Below, piece after piece: positions 27,171-36,999 of a stretch of 64,000 bases of DNA (positions are counted from its first letter, which is position 1; every line of letters begins with the position of its first letter). Both the position numbers and the translations under genes were made by a program. Origin of the DNA: Clostridia bacterium (GTDB lineage Bacteria; Bacillota; Clostridia; TANB77; CAG-508); assembly GCA_022797215.1 (NCBI GenBank), contig JAAWKD010000004.1:5191-69190 (forward strand), in the 5' to 3' direction. Under the pieces are notes generated by a model. The model saw only the letters and a list, made by a program, of their open reading frames with translations. It did no database searches and was not told the origin of the DNA.

Positions 27171-30006
27171 TTACACTAACTTATCCAAATATTTCTTTAA
27201 GAACTTACCTGTATAACTTTGCTCATTTTTCACAATCTGTTCAGGAGAACCTACACTAATAATTTGTCCACCTTTTTCTCCACCTTCTGGTCCTAGGTCA
27301 ATGATATAGTCGGCTGTCTTAATTAAGTCTAGGTTATGCTCAATAACAATAATGCTATTACCTGTATCTACCAGTCTTTGTAAAATATCTACTAATTTAT
27401 GAACGTCTGCAATATGAAGACCAGTTGTTGGCTCATCTAAAATATATAAAGTTTTGCCTGTTGCCTTTTTAGATAATTCTGTTGCAAGTTTTACACGTTG
27501 TGCTTCTCCTCCTGATAAGGTTGTAGAAGGTTGTCCTAATTTAATGTATCCAAGTCCTACATCATGTAAAGTTTGAATTTTGGTCTTAATTCTTGGAATA
27601 TTTTCAAAGAAGGTTAAAGCTTCTTCTACTGTCATATCTAGTACATCTGCAATTGTTTTTCCTTTATACTTCACCTCTAATGTTTCTCTGTTATATCTTT
27701 TTCCTTTACATACTTCACAAGGTACATAAATATCTGGTAAAAAGTGCATCTCTATTTTTAACACACCATCACCACTACAAGCCTCACATCTTCCACCTGT
27801 TACATTAAAGCTAAATCTACCTTTGTCATATCCTCGAAGTTTTGCTTCTTCTGTACTTGAAAAAATATCACGTATCATATCAAATACACCTGTATAGGTA
27901 GCAGGATTAGAACGTGGTGTTCTACCAATTGGAGATTGATCTATATTAATAATTTTGTCAATATTCTCTAATCCTTTTATTTCTTTACATGCCCCAGGTC
28001 TTTCATTAGAGCCATAAATTTCTTTTGCAGCTGTTCTATATAGAATCTCATTGACTAACGTACTTTTTCCAGAGCCTGAAACACCTGTAACACATACAAA
28101 TTGTCCTAATGGAAATTTGACATTAACATTTTTCAAATTATGTTCTGTTGCACCTTTTACTTCAATTGCTTTTCCATTTGATTTTCTTCTTTTCTTTGGA
28201 ACTGTAATTTGCTTTTTACCACTCAAGTACTGTCCTGTAATAGAACCTTCTATCAATTTTATTTCTTCTGCAGTTCCTTGTGCAATTACTTTCCCACCAT
28301 GAACTCCTGGTCCTGGACCTATATCAATGATTTGGTCTGCTGCATACATGGTATCTTCATCATGTTCTACTACTAAAACTGTATTTCCTAAATCTCTTAG
28401 TTTTTTCAATGTCGCAATTAACTTATCATTATCTCTTTGATGTAACCCAATACTTGGCTCATCTAATATATATAGTACACCTGTTAATCCAGAACCAATT
28501 TGCGTTGCTAAACGAATACGTTGTGCTTCTCCTCCTGATAAACTTCCTGCACTCCTAGATAACGTTAAGTAATCTAGTCCAACATCAATTAAAAATTGTA
28601 AACGCTTATTTAACTCTTTTAAGATTTGGTCTGCAATCATCTTGTCTTTGTTATTTAGCTCCAACCCATTTAGAAAGTCTTTAATTTTATCAATAGACAT
28701 CTCTGTTAATTCATTAATATTTTTCTCTCCTACTTTAACAGATAAACTCTCCTTTTTTAATCTTGCACCATGGCAGTCATAACAAGGTTTCTCGCTCATG
28801 TAGAATTCATAGAAGTCTCTCATTCCCTGAGATTTTGTTTCATGATATCTTCTATCTAATGTTGGAAGTACTCCTTCAAATGGCGTGCTAAACTTTCTAG
28901 TACCTGCTGCTGAAGAATACTCAAAATCAATTACTTCATCACCTGTACCATATAGGATTTTCTCTAAAAACCACCTTGGCAATTTTTTTATTGGTACATC
29001 TTTAATTTCTACCTTATAATGTTTGGCAATGCTTTCGAAATACATTTTAGCCATAGTGTCACCTTTTTTCATTGTGCTAGAGCCAAATGCTTTTACACCA
29101 TCATAAAGTGTTTTATTCTTGTCTGGAATGATTAAATTTTCATCCATTATCATTAAGTATCCAATACCTGTACAGGTTGGGCAAGCTCCAAAAGGATTGT
29201 TGAAAGAGAACATTCTTGGTGTTAGTTCTTCTATACTAATTCCACAATCTGGACAAGCATAATTTTGACTAAACAAGATTTCTCTTTCTCCTAGTATATC
29301 TACTGTTACAAGATTATTGGCATATTTTAATGCAATTTCTACTGATTCTGTTAGCCTTGTCCTAATATCTGGCTTAATCACTAGTCTATCTACTACTAAA
29401 TCAATATTGTGTTTTTTCTTTCTATCAATTGTAATATCATCTGATAATTCATAAGTCTCTCCATCAATTCGTACACGAACAAAACCTTCTTTTTGAAAGT
29501 CTTGTAATAGTTTTGTGTATTCCCCTTTTCTGCCACGAACTACTGGTGCTAATACTTGTATTCTTGTATCCTCTTTCATTGACATGACTTGGTCAATAAT
29601 TTGGTCAATCGTTTGTTTTTCAATCTTTCTGCCACAATTTGGACAATGTGGTACACCAATACGTGCATATAGTAGACGAATATAGTCATAAATTTCTGTC
29701 ACTGTTCCTACTGTTGAACGTGGGTTTCTAGATGTTGTTTTTTGATCAATTGAAATAGCTGGTGATAGTCCATCAATAGATTCTACATCTGGTTTTTCCA
29801 TCAAGCCTAAGAACTGCCTTGCATAAGAAGATAAACTTTCTACATATCTTCTTTGTCCTTCTGCATATAAAGTGTCAAAAGCAAGTGATGATTTTCCGAG
29901 AACCAGAAAGTCCTGTAATAACCACCAATTTATCTCTTGGAATTTCTAAATTAATATCTTTCAAATTGTGCTCTTTTGCACCTTTAATGATAATACTATT
30001 TTGCAT
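27171..30006 (-). CDS. uvrA: Excinuclease ABC subunit A, interrupted at in-frame CGG 29896-29898 (frame 0: 30006-29899; +1 frame: 29897-27171)
   Basis: N-terminal 36 codons [36 protein letters not shown], then CGG. Skipping the C gives [38 protein letters not shown], contiguous with ORF 27171-29804. Total about 944 aa, with both ABC modules and the zinc fingers. Confidence 0.9.
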
Positions 30007-30111
30007 ATTTGCCCCCTGATTTAATTCAATGTTTCTATGTTTTGTAATCCTTTACATTATAAAACAATAGTTTGTGTTTGTCAATCAATTAAGTAAATTT
30101 TCCCATTTTTA

Positions 30112-30140
30112 TTTACATAATATAATTTTTGTGATAAAAT
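30112..30140 (+). promoter_or_regulatory. Promoter of the 30217 ORF
   Basis: TTTACA (30112-30117), 17 nt spacer with TG, TAAAAT (30135-30140). Confidence 0.45.
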
Positions 30141-30216
30141 ATAGAGCACAATGTCTTTTTATAGTTGTTGTTATAACAATAACTAAAGCATTGAAATTTT
30201 AAAGGAGGTTTCCATA

Positions 30217-30510
30217 ATGGGAAAACCGACTCTCCGCACCCTATTGTTGGCACATGCTGATGCGGGCGTTATTGGCATGAAACGCAATCTGTATCCTCGA
30301 CAGGAGAAATCCCTTATCAGACAGGGATTTACCGTTCGGCGTTTAGGTGTTGTGCCTAATTATCCCAACCAGTTTGTCTGTTGGAGCAGTTGGAGCCACG
30401 TTTTTGGGCGGCGCACCTTTGCTTATCAGCTTTTGAAGAGGGCTGCAGAAGTAAATCCTGAGGTGTTAAACGATGTAGAGCCCCATGTTCCTGTCCCTTA
30501 TGCCTATTAA
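30217..30510 (+). CDS. Hypothetical basic 97-aa protein; about 50% G+C gene lying antisense between uvrB and uvrA
   Basis: AAAGGAGG RBS 8 nt upstream, own promoter, shares a bidirectional terminator with uvrB. Two in-frame CGG codons (30337, 30409). No family recognised. Confidence 0.5.
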   Translation: MGKPTLRTLLLAHADAGVIGMKRNLYPRQEKSLIRQGFTVRRLGVVPNYPNQFVCWSSWSHVFGRRTFAYQLLKRAAEVNPEVLNDVEPHVPVPYAY

Positions 30511-30538
30511 TTGGGGTTAAGGTTACATATTGTCCTTT

Positions 30539-30580
30539 AAAAACCACCCCAAAAGGAAATTCCTTTTGGGGTGGTTTTAT
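30539..30580. terminator. Bidirectional terminator between the 30217 ORF and uvrB
   Basis: AACCACCCCAAAAGGA / TCCTTTTGGGGTGGTT stem, flanked by A-run and T-run. Confidence 0.8.
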
Positions 30581-30586
30581 TATATT

Positions 30587-32544
30587 CTATAACATTTTTT
30601 CTAATTCTTTTATCTTATCTCTTACCTCTGCTGCTTTTTCAAATTCCATTTCTTGTGCATATTTTAACATCTCATCTGTTAATTTACTAATAATCTCTTT
30701 TGTATCTACATCTTTATCTAATTGGTATTCTTCTTGAATATCGGCCACAAAACTTGCTTTAATCGTATCACGTATTGCTTTTTGAATAGTTTGTGGGGTA
30801 ATTCCATTCTTTTCGTTATACTCTTGTTGAATTTTCCTTCTACGATTTGTTTCTGTAATCGCTTTTTCCATACTTTCTGTTAGTTCATCTGCGTACATAA
30901 TAACTTTTCCATCTGTATTTCTAGCAGCACGTCCAATCGTTTGAATTAAAGAACGTTCTGAACGTAAAAATCCTTCTTTATCTGCATCTAAAATAGCAAC
31001 TAGCGAAACTTCTGGAATATCTAAACCTTCCCTTAATAAGTTGATACCTACTAATACATCAAACTCTCCTAATCTCAAGTCTCGGATAATCTCCATTCTT
31101 TCTAATGCTTTAATATCAGAGTGCATATACCTTACTTTAATATCAATTCCTGCTAAGTAAGTAGTTAAATCTTCAGCCATTTTTTTGGTTAAAGTAGTTA
31201 CTAGTACTCTTTCTTTCTTTTCTACTCTTTCACGAATTTGTTCGATTAAATCATCTATCTGATTTGTGACTGGTTTTACTTCAATTTTAGGGTCTAATAA
31301 TCCTGTAGGACGAATAATCTGTTCTACTACATTTTCCTTACTATGTTCTTTTTCATAATCTGCTGGTGTGGCACTCACAAAAACTACTTGATTAACTAAC
31401 TTTTCAAATTCTTCAAATTTCAAGGGTCTATTATCAAAAGCAGATGGCAAACGAAATCCATAATTAACTAGTGATTCCTTTCTTGCTCTATCCCCATTAT
31501 ACATAGCTCTTACTTGTGGAACTGTTGCATGAGATTCGTCAATAAGTAACAAGAAGTCCTTTGGAAAATAATCAAATAATGTATATGGTCTGCTTCCGTG
31601 GTTCCCTACCACTAATATGTCTTGAATAGTTCTCAATACCTTGACAAAATCCAGTTTCCTGCATCATTTCTATATCAAAATTGGTTCTTTCTTCAATTCT
31701 TTGTGCCTCAATTAATTTGTTATTTTCTTTGAAATATTTCACTCTTTCTTGCATTTCTTGTTCAATTGTGACTATCGCTCTTTGCATTTTGTCTGAAGTT
31801 GTAGCATAGTGAGAATTAGGAAATATCATAACATGTTGCCTTATTCCTACTACTTTTCCTGTTAAAGGATTGATTTCAGATATTTTTTCTATCTCTTCTC
31901 CCCAGAATTCTACTCTTATAGCAGTTTCGCTTTCATCTGCAGGATAAATCTCTACAATGTCTCCCTTGGCTCTAAAAGTTCCCCTTTTAAATTCTAATTC
32001 ACTTCTAGTATATTGCATACTAACTAGTTTTTTTAACATTCCATTTCTTTCTATCTGCATACCTGGTCTAATGGAAATACTTAACTCCTGGTAATCTTCT
32101 GGATCTCCTAAGCCATAGATACAAGAAACAGAGGCTACAATAATAATATCTCTTGTTTCAAATAAAGCTGCAGTAGCAGAGTGACGAAGTTTATCAATTT
32201 CGTCATTCACCGAAGAATCTTTTTCAATATAGGTGTCTGATTGTGGGATATATGCTTCTGGTTGATAGTAGTCATAATAAGATACAAAATATTCTACATT
32301 ATTTTCTGGAAAAAACTCTTTGAATTCGCTATAAAGTTGTCCTGCTAGTGTCTTATTGTGTGCCAAAACTAAAGTTGGTTTTTGCACTTTTTGGATAATA
32401 TTTGCCATAGTAAAAGTTTTTCCGTGAACCTGTAACTCCTAGAAGTGTCTGAAACTTCTTACCTTCTTGTATTCCTTTGCTTAAATATTCTATTGCTTTT
32501 GGCTGATCGCCTGTTGGTTGGTATTCTGAATGTATTTTGAACAT
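30587..32544 (-). CDS. uvrB: Excinuclease ABC subunit B, interrupted at two in-frame CGG codons (32422-32424 and 31596-31598)
   Basis: Three consecutive ORFs. Skipping the C of each CGG gives [17 protein letters not shown] (Walker A) and [34 protein letters not shown]. Total about 651 aa. C-terminal UVR motif [17 protein letters not shown]. Confidence 0.9.
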
Positions 32545-32617
32545 ACTTTCCTCCCTTTTAACTATATAAGTCTAAGTCATCTATCCTTATTTTCTAAGCT
32601 CAAGTATTCCTATTTCT

Positions 32618-33193
32618 TTACTCATTTTCCTTTATAATATCTACTACTTTCGGAATTTCTTCGAGTCCACTTTTCTTTCCCATATGTCCAATATTTTCTA
32701 TTAATATCGGAATGGCATCTATGCTCTTTGGATACTTTTGTAATATATCAAATGGTACAATATGGTCATTATTGCTATATATTGAATACTTTTTGACATA
32801 TCTATTTTTAAAGTCTTGTAATTCTCTTTCATTTACTAAAAATTCTTTACATGCTCTATTTAAGTCCTCTTTATTTTCCCATTCAAAATATTCTGAAAAT
32901 CCTGCTAAACTAATATACAATTTTGCTCTCAAGTCATTTTCATTAAAATATTTAATAATAAATTCATTGCCTATAGAATGAGCTACTATAATACTTTCCT
33001 CATGTATATAATTTTTATACTCATCGAATAACTTTTTCCACTCTTTATATCTAACGCCTTCTCTTGGTTTAAATTTTGGAACAATAACATTATATCCTAA
33101 CTCTTCAAGTTCATTTTCTAGCCACTCGTAAATTTTAGGTATACCATTATATCCATGAATTAAAAGTATATTTTTATCATTTTTCTTATTCAC
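32618..33193 (-). CDS. Alpha/beta hydrolase (YdeN/RBBP9-like serine hydrolase)
   Basis: ILLIHGYNG and VAHSIGN nucleophile elbow; 191 aa; GTG start with AGGGAG RBS. Confidence 0.65.
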   Translation of the reverse strand: MNKKNDKNILLIHGYNGIPKIYEWLENELEELGYNVIVPKFKPREGVRYKEWKKLFDEYKNYIHEESIIVAHSIGNEFIIKYFNENDLRAKLYISLAGFSEYFEWENKEDLNRACKEFLVNERELQDFKNRYVKKYSIYSNNDHIVPFDILQKYPKSIDAIPILIENIGHMGKKSGLEEIPKVVDIIKENE

Positions 33194-33219
33194 TATATCA
33201 TCTCCCTAATTAAACATTT

Positions 33220-33738
33220 TCATACTTCGCCTATTATAAAACTATAGTTTTTAAGCGCCTCAAAAAAATTCCTTATTCTTTGTTGCGTTTCTAAAAATAG
33301 CTCTTCATTTATATTTGGGAACTCTTCATTTTCAAAATCTCTTTTCTCTATATAGGTACCATACCATAATTCCATCTGCAATGTTTCACATCTTCCTCTT
33401 TTACTACCATAATACTTTGTTATATATCCTCCACTATATAACTCATTATTCTTTACTCTAAATCCTTCCTTGTTTAACATTTTTTCAATCTGTTCTAAAA
33501 AAGCCTTATTTGTTGTCTTTCCATTGCCATTTCCTAAAATAATATCTGCTCGCAAATCTCTTCCAAAACTATGTAGAACAATTAAATATACTTTATTAAA
33601 GCATTTCAATTTTTCTTGTATAGCTTGATTTATCATTTTACTTTTCATTTTTGGAGTAATATATTCTCCACTATGAGGAATACTTATAACAAATGGGAAA
33701 TCATGCTTGTGTATATTAAAGGTTGTTATTATTTTCAT
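33220..33738 (-). CDS. N-formylglutamate amidohydrolase-family protein (short form)
   Basis: FPFVISIPHSGEYITP and LIVLHSF...D..LGNG segments. Shorter than typical family members. Confidence 0.45.
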   Translation of the reverse strand: MKIITTFNIHKHDFPFVISIPHSGEYITPKMKSKMINQAIQEKLKCFNKVYLIVLHSFGRDLRADIILGNGNGKTTNKAFLEQIEKMLNKEGFRVKNNELYSGGYITKYYGSKRGRCETLQMELWYGTYIEKRDFENEEFPNINEELFLETQQRIRNFFEALKNYSFIIGEV

Positions 33739-33762
33739 TATAAATTCCTTTCCCAATTCTTC

Positions 33763-34632
33763 TTAATCAATATTAATTAACTCATATTCTCTTGAGCCAA
33801 AACCAAGCATCGCTGCTACTTCTATTGTATAAATTCCATTTTGTCTTTCCACTCTTTCTATAAAATGATTTCTTCCTGGATCATCTGAATTATATACTAA
33901 GTCAATACAAGCTTGGTCAATAGCAATTGGAACTAAACTTGCTAAGATCCCAATATCTTGCATACAAGGATCTTCGGCAACAGCACAACAATCACAGTCT
34001 ACTGACATATTGCACATAACATTAATATAGACAATTCTATTTTCAAAATGTTTTGCTACTGCTGATGCAGAATCTGCCATTGCCTCTAAAAATTTATTTT
34101 GCTCGGCTGACCATATCTCTTCTGGATTTCCTGCTCCATGTATAAATGCTTTTCCATAACTAGATGCTATGCCAATAGATAATTGCTTTAATGCTCCACC
34201 ATAACCACCCATTGGATGACCTTTAAAATGAGATAATACCAACATTGAATCGTAATTATCAATATTTTTTCCCACATAATCTTTTTGAATTACTTTTCCA
34301 TTTGGAATTTCTAATACCTTATCTGGACCTTCTCCATCCATAATATCTACTTTAAAGTATTTGCTCCATCCATGTTCTTCCATTAATTTTTCATGTTTTT
34401 CAGTTATGTTTCGTTCTCCATCATAAGCAGTATTACATTCTACCACTGTTCCTTTTACTCTTTCTACAATTGATTTTACAAATTCTGGTCTTAAATAGTT
34501 TTGATTTCCTTTTTCTCCTGAATGCAACTTAACTGCTACTCTTCCTGGTAATTCCTTCCCTAGTGCTTCATACATCTTTACAACACTTTCAGGAGTAATT
34601 TCTTTTGTAAAGTAAACTTTTGATTTTGCCAT
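33763..34632 (-). CDS. DUF362 domain protein
   Basis: VYFTKEITPESVVKMYEALG...VAVKLHSGE...ECNTAY and a C-terminal Cys cluster CNMSVDCDCC. Confidence 0.65.
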   Translation of the reverse strand: MAKSKVYFTKEITPESVVKMYEALGKELPGRVAVKLHSGEKGNQNYLRPEFVKSIVERVKGTVVECNTAYDGERNITEKHEKLMEEHGWSKYFKVDIMDGEGPDKVLEIPNGKVIQKDYVGKNIDNYDSMLVLSHFKGHPMGGYGGALKQLSIGIASSYGKAFIHGAGNPEEIWSAEQNKFLEAMADSASAVAKHFENRIVYINVMCNMSVDCDCCAVAEDPCMQDIGILASLVPIAIDQACIDLVYNSDDPGRNHFIERVERQNGIYTIEVAAMLGFGSREYELINID

Positions 34633-34653
34633 AAATGCATTCCTTTCTTTCTA

Positions 34654-35808
34654 TTACATTGCTTCTCTATATAACCTAATGAAATCTTCTTTAGTTGTTT
34701 CTCTTGGATTTCCTGGTCTGCATGGATCTTCCATTGCTTTATCTGCTAACATTTCTAAATCTTCTTCTTTGCATCCAGTATCTTTTACAGTAATTGTAAC
34801 ACCACATTCTCTTGATAATTCTTGAATCATCCATACAAATGTATTAATTACATCTTGATCATTTAAATCTCTCGCATCTGGTCTACCAATACGGCACAAG
34901 ATTTCCCTAAACCTATCTGCACATACTATTCCATTAAATCTCATAACGGTTGGAAGTAAAATAGCATTTGCTATTCCATGTGGAGTATCATATACTGCTC
35001 CCAATTGGTGAGCCATCGAATGAACAATACCAAGTCCTACATTAGAAAATCCCATTCCTGCTATATACTGCGCTAATGCCATATTTTCAATTGCTTTTGA
35101 ATCTTTTTCATTTACTGCCTTTGATAAGTTTTCAAATATTAATTCAATTGCTCTTATATGAAACATATCTGACATTGTATTATGTGATTTTGTAATGTAT
35201 CCTTCAACAGCATGTGTCAAGGCATCCAATCCTGTTGCTGCGGCTGTCATCTTTGGAAGTGATTCCATTAATTCGGAGTCTACAATAGCAAGAATTGGTA
35301 TATCATGTGGATCTACACATACCATTTTTACCTGTCTTTCCTCATCTGTTATAACATAATTAATTGTAACTTCCGCTGCTGTTCCGTGAGTTGTTGGAAG
35401 TGCAATAATTGGTAATCCTTTATTTTCTGTATTAGAAAGTCCATTTAAAGATACTACATCCAATCTATCTGGATTTGTCATTAAAATAGAAATTCCTTTT
35501 GCCGTATCTATTGCAGAACCTCCTCCAACAACTACGATTAAGTCTGCATTAATACTTTTACATATTTCATATCCATCTAATACATTTTTGATTGTTGGAT
35601 TTGGCTTTATTTCCGAATATAAAGTATAATCTATACTAGACTCTTCTAAAATTGCAGTTACTTTATGAATTAGTCCACATTCCACTAATCCTTTATCTGT
35701 GACCAATAATACTTTTTTAAATCCTCTTGCATTTATTTCATTTGGTAATTCTATTCTACTTCCCCTTCCGAAAATAGAAGTTTCATTTAAAACAAATTTT
35801 TCTGACAT
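34654..35808 (-). CDS. Iron-containing (group III) alcohol dehydrogenase
   Basis: VGGGSAIDTAKG, GTAAEVT, and the HxxxH region GLGIVHSMAHQLGAVYDTPHG. Confidence 0.9.
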   Translation of the reverse strand: MSEKFVLNETSIFGRGSRIELPNEINARGFKKVLLVTDKGLVECGLIHKVTAILEESSIDYTLYSEIKPNPTIKNVLDGYEICKSINADLIVVVGGGSAIDTAKGISILMTNPDRLDVVSLNGLSNTENKGLPIIALPTTHGTAAEVTINYVITDEERQVKMVCVDPHDIPILAIVDSELMESLPKMTAAATGLDALTHAVEGYITKSHNTMSDMFHIRAIELIFENLSKAVNEKDSKAIENMALAQYIAGMGFSNVGLGIVHSMAHQLGAVYDTPHGIANAILLPTVMRFNGIVCADRFREILCRIGRPDARDLNDQDVINTFVWMIQELSRECGVTITVKDTGCKEEDLEMLADKAMEDPCRPGNPRETTKEDFIRLYREAM

Positions 35809-35894
35809 TCTTTTTCCTCCTTAGTTTATTTTATAAAACAATATTACCATAACATTTTCTAAATAGCAAATACTTCTCTAAAAAGAACAGATTT

Positions 35895-35923
35895 TTGACA
35901 AACAGCCAAAAATCTGCTATAAT
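35895..35923 (+). promoter_or_regulatory. Consensus promoter of the 36008 ORF
   Basis: TTGACA (35895-35900), 17 nt spacer ending TGC, TATAAT (35918-35923). Confidence 0.55.
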
Positions 35924-36007
35924 GAAGTATAACCCTTTTATAAAAGGAACTTTTTGTGCTTACAAATTAGTTCCAAAAAAACGACCAATTAATTGGAGGT
36001 AAATGTT

Positions 36008-36895
36008 ATGAAACGAACCCATGTGCTCCGGTTGCAATTACTTATTTTGGCATTGATACTATTTTTTAGTATCACACCTACCGCTTTAGCAACCACCACT
36101 CTGGCTGACACAGATTTTTCTATCGAGCAGCAAGAAATTGATACTCAGCACTATTACTATAATCAGCTTAATAAACTTGAACAGAAGGTTTATAACACCT
36201 TTACTAAGTCCAAAGCTGATATTTTAGCTAATAAGAGTTTCTCTTTCTTGCTTGGACCTCTTGCTTCAAAAGAGGCCTATGTTTACTCAGTTTCTCGTGC
36301 ACGACAGGCCTTTATTTTAGATGACCCCCAAGCCTTAATTTGGTTCCAAAACGTACAACTTTCTCTGACATTTGAAAACTCCAACGTTTTTGTTTGGGTC
36401 AAGCCAAAGGAAGCTGTTGGCCAGTATTCTGATCTAAGTCCAGAAGAATTTCCAGATGCGTACAAAGCTTTTGAGGAAAAAGCTTCTGAACTTGTCAAAA
36501 CCTTAAATGGCACAGACACTCAAAAATTACTTCAGATTTATAACTGGCTCATTGACAATGTGAAATATGACTACACACATAACCTTCCTAATGCTAGAAG
36601 TGCTTATGGTGCACTTATAAACGGTATAGCTGTTTGTTCAGGTTTTGCTTACGCTTATAAGTACATCGCAGACCTCGCTGGCTTAGAGGTATTGTATGTT
36701 ACAGGAACTTATCAATTAAACGATGCTACTGGTTATCATGCTTGGAACATGGCCAAAGTTGATGGGAAGTGGTATTTCATTGATGCAACATGGGGTGCTA
36801 CCAGTTCACGAATTTTTAGAAAACACTATTTCTTAGCCTCTACCGATACTAAAATTCTTTCTCCTGACACTCTTTATTTCACCTATCCCAGTTAA
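36008..36895 (+). CDS. Secreted transglutaminase-like cysteine protease-fold protein; compositionally atypical gene
   Basis: Signal peptide MKRTHVLRLQLLILALILFFSITPTALA. Catalytic-triad pattern GIAVCSGFAYAYKY...GYHAWNMAKVDGKWYFIDATW. G+C higher than the flanks. In-frame CGG at 36029-36031. Confidence 0.75.
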   Translation: MKRTHVLRLQLLILALILFFSITPTALATTTLADTDFSIEQQEIDTQHYYYNQLNKLEQKVYNTFTKSKADILANKSFSFLLGPLASKEAYVYSVSRARQAFILDDPQALIWFQNVQLSLTFENSNVFVWVKPKEAVGQYSDLSPEEFPDAYKAFEEKASELVKTLNGTDTQKLLQIYNWLIDNVKYDYTHNLPNARSAYGALINGIAVCSGFAYAYKYIADLAGLEVLYVTGTYQLNDATGYHAWNMAKVDGKWYFIDATWGATSSRIFRKHYFLASTDTKILSPDTLYFTYPS

Positions 36896-36999
36896 AGATC
36901 GTTTTGCTCCTGTTGTTCTAACAACAGGAGCTTTATTGTCTATTTGTATATTATATCCTAAAAATTAGTTTTGTCAATACACACAGCATTTCGCCTTTT

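Noticed and set aside
30190-30580. The GC-rich segment between uvrB and uvrA as a structured RNA gene (RNase P RNA, tmRNA, SRP RNA, 6S, riboswitch).
   Set aside because: I could not find the hallmark motifs: GAGGAAAGTCC for RNase P, a tRNA-like GGGG...CCACCA end for tmRNA, or the SRP GGAA/AGCA motif. The segment also has a strong RBS plus an uninterrupted ORF. I kept it as a CDS, but an Rfam scan is still advisable.
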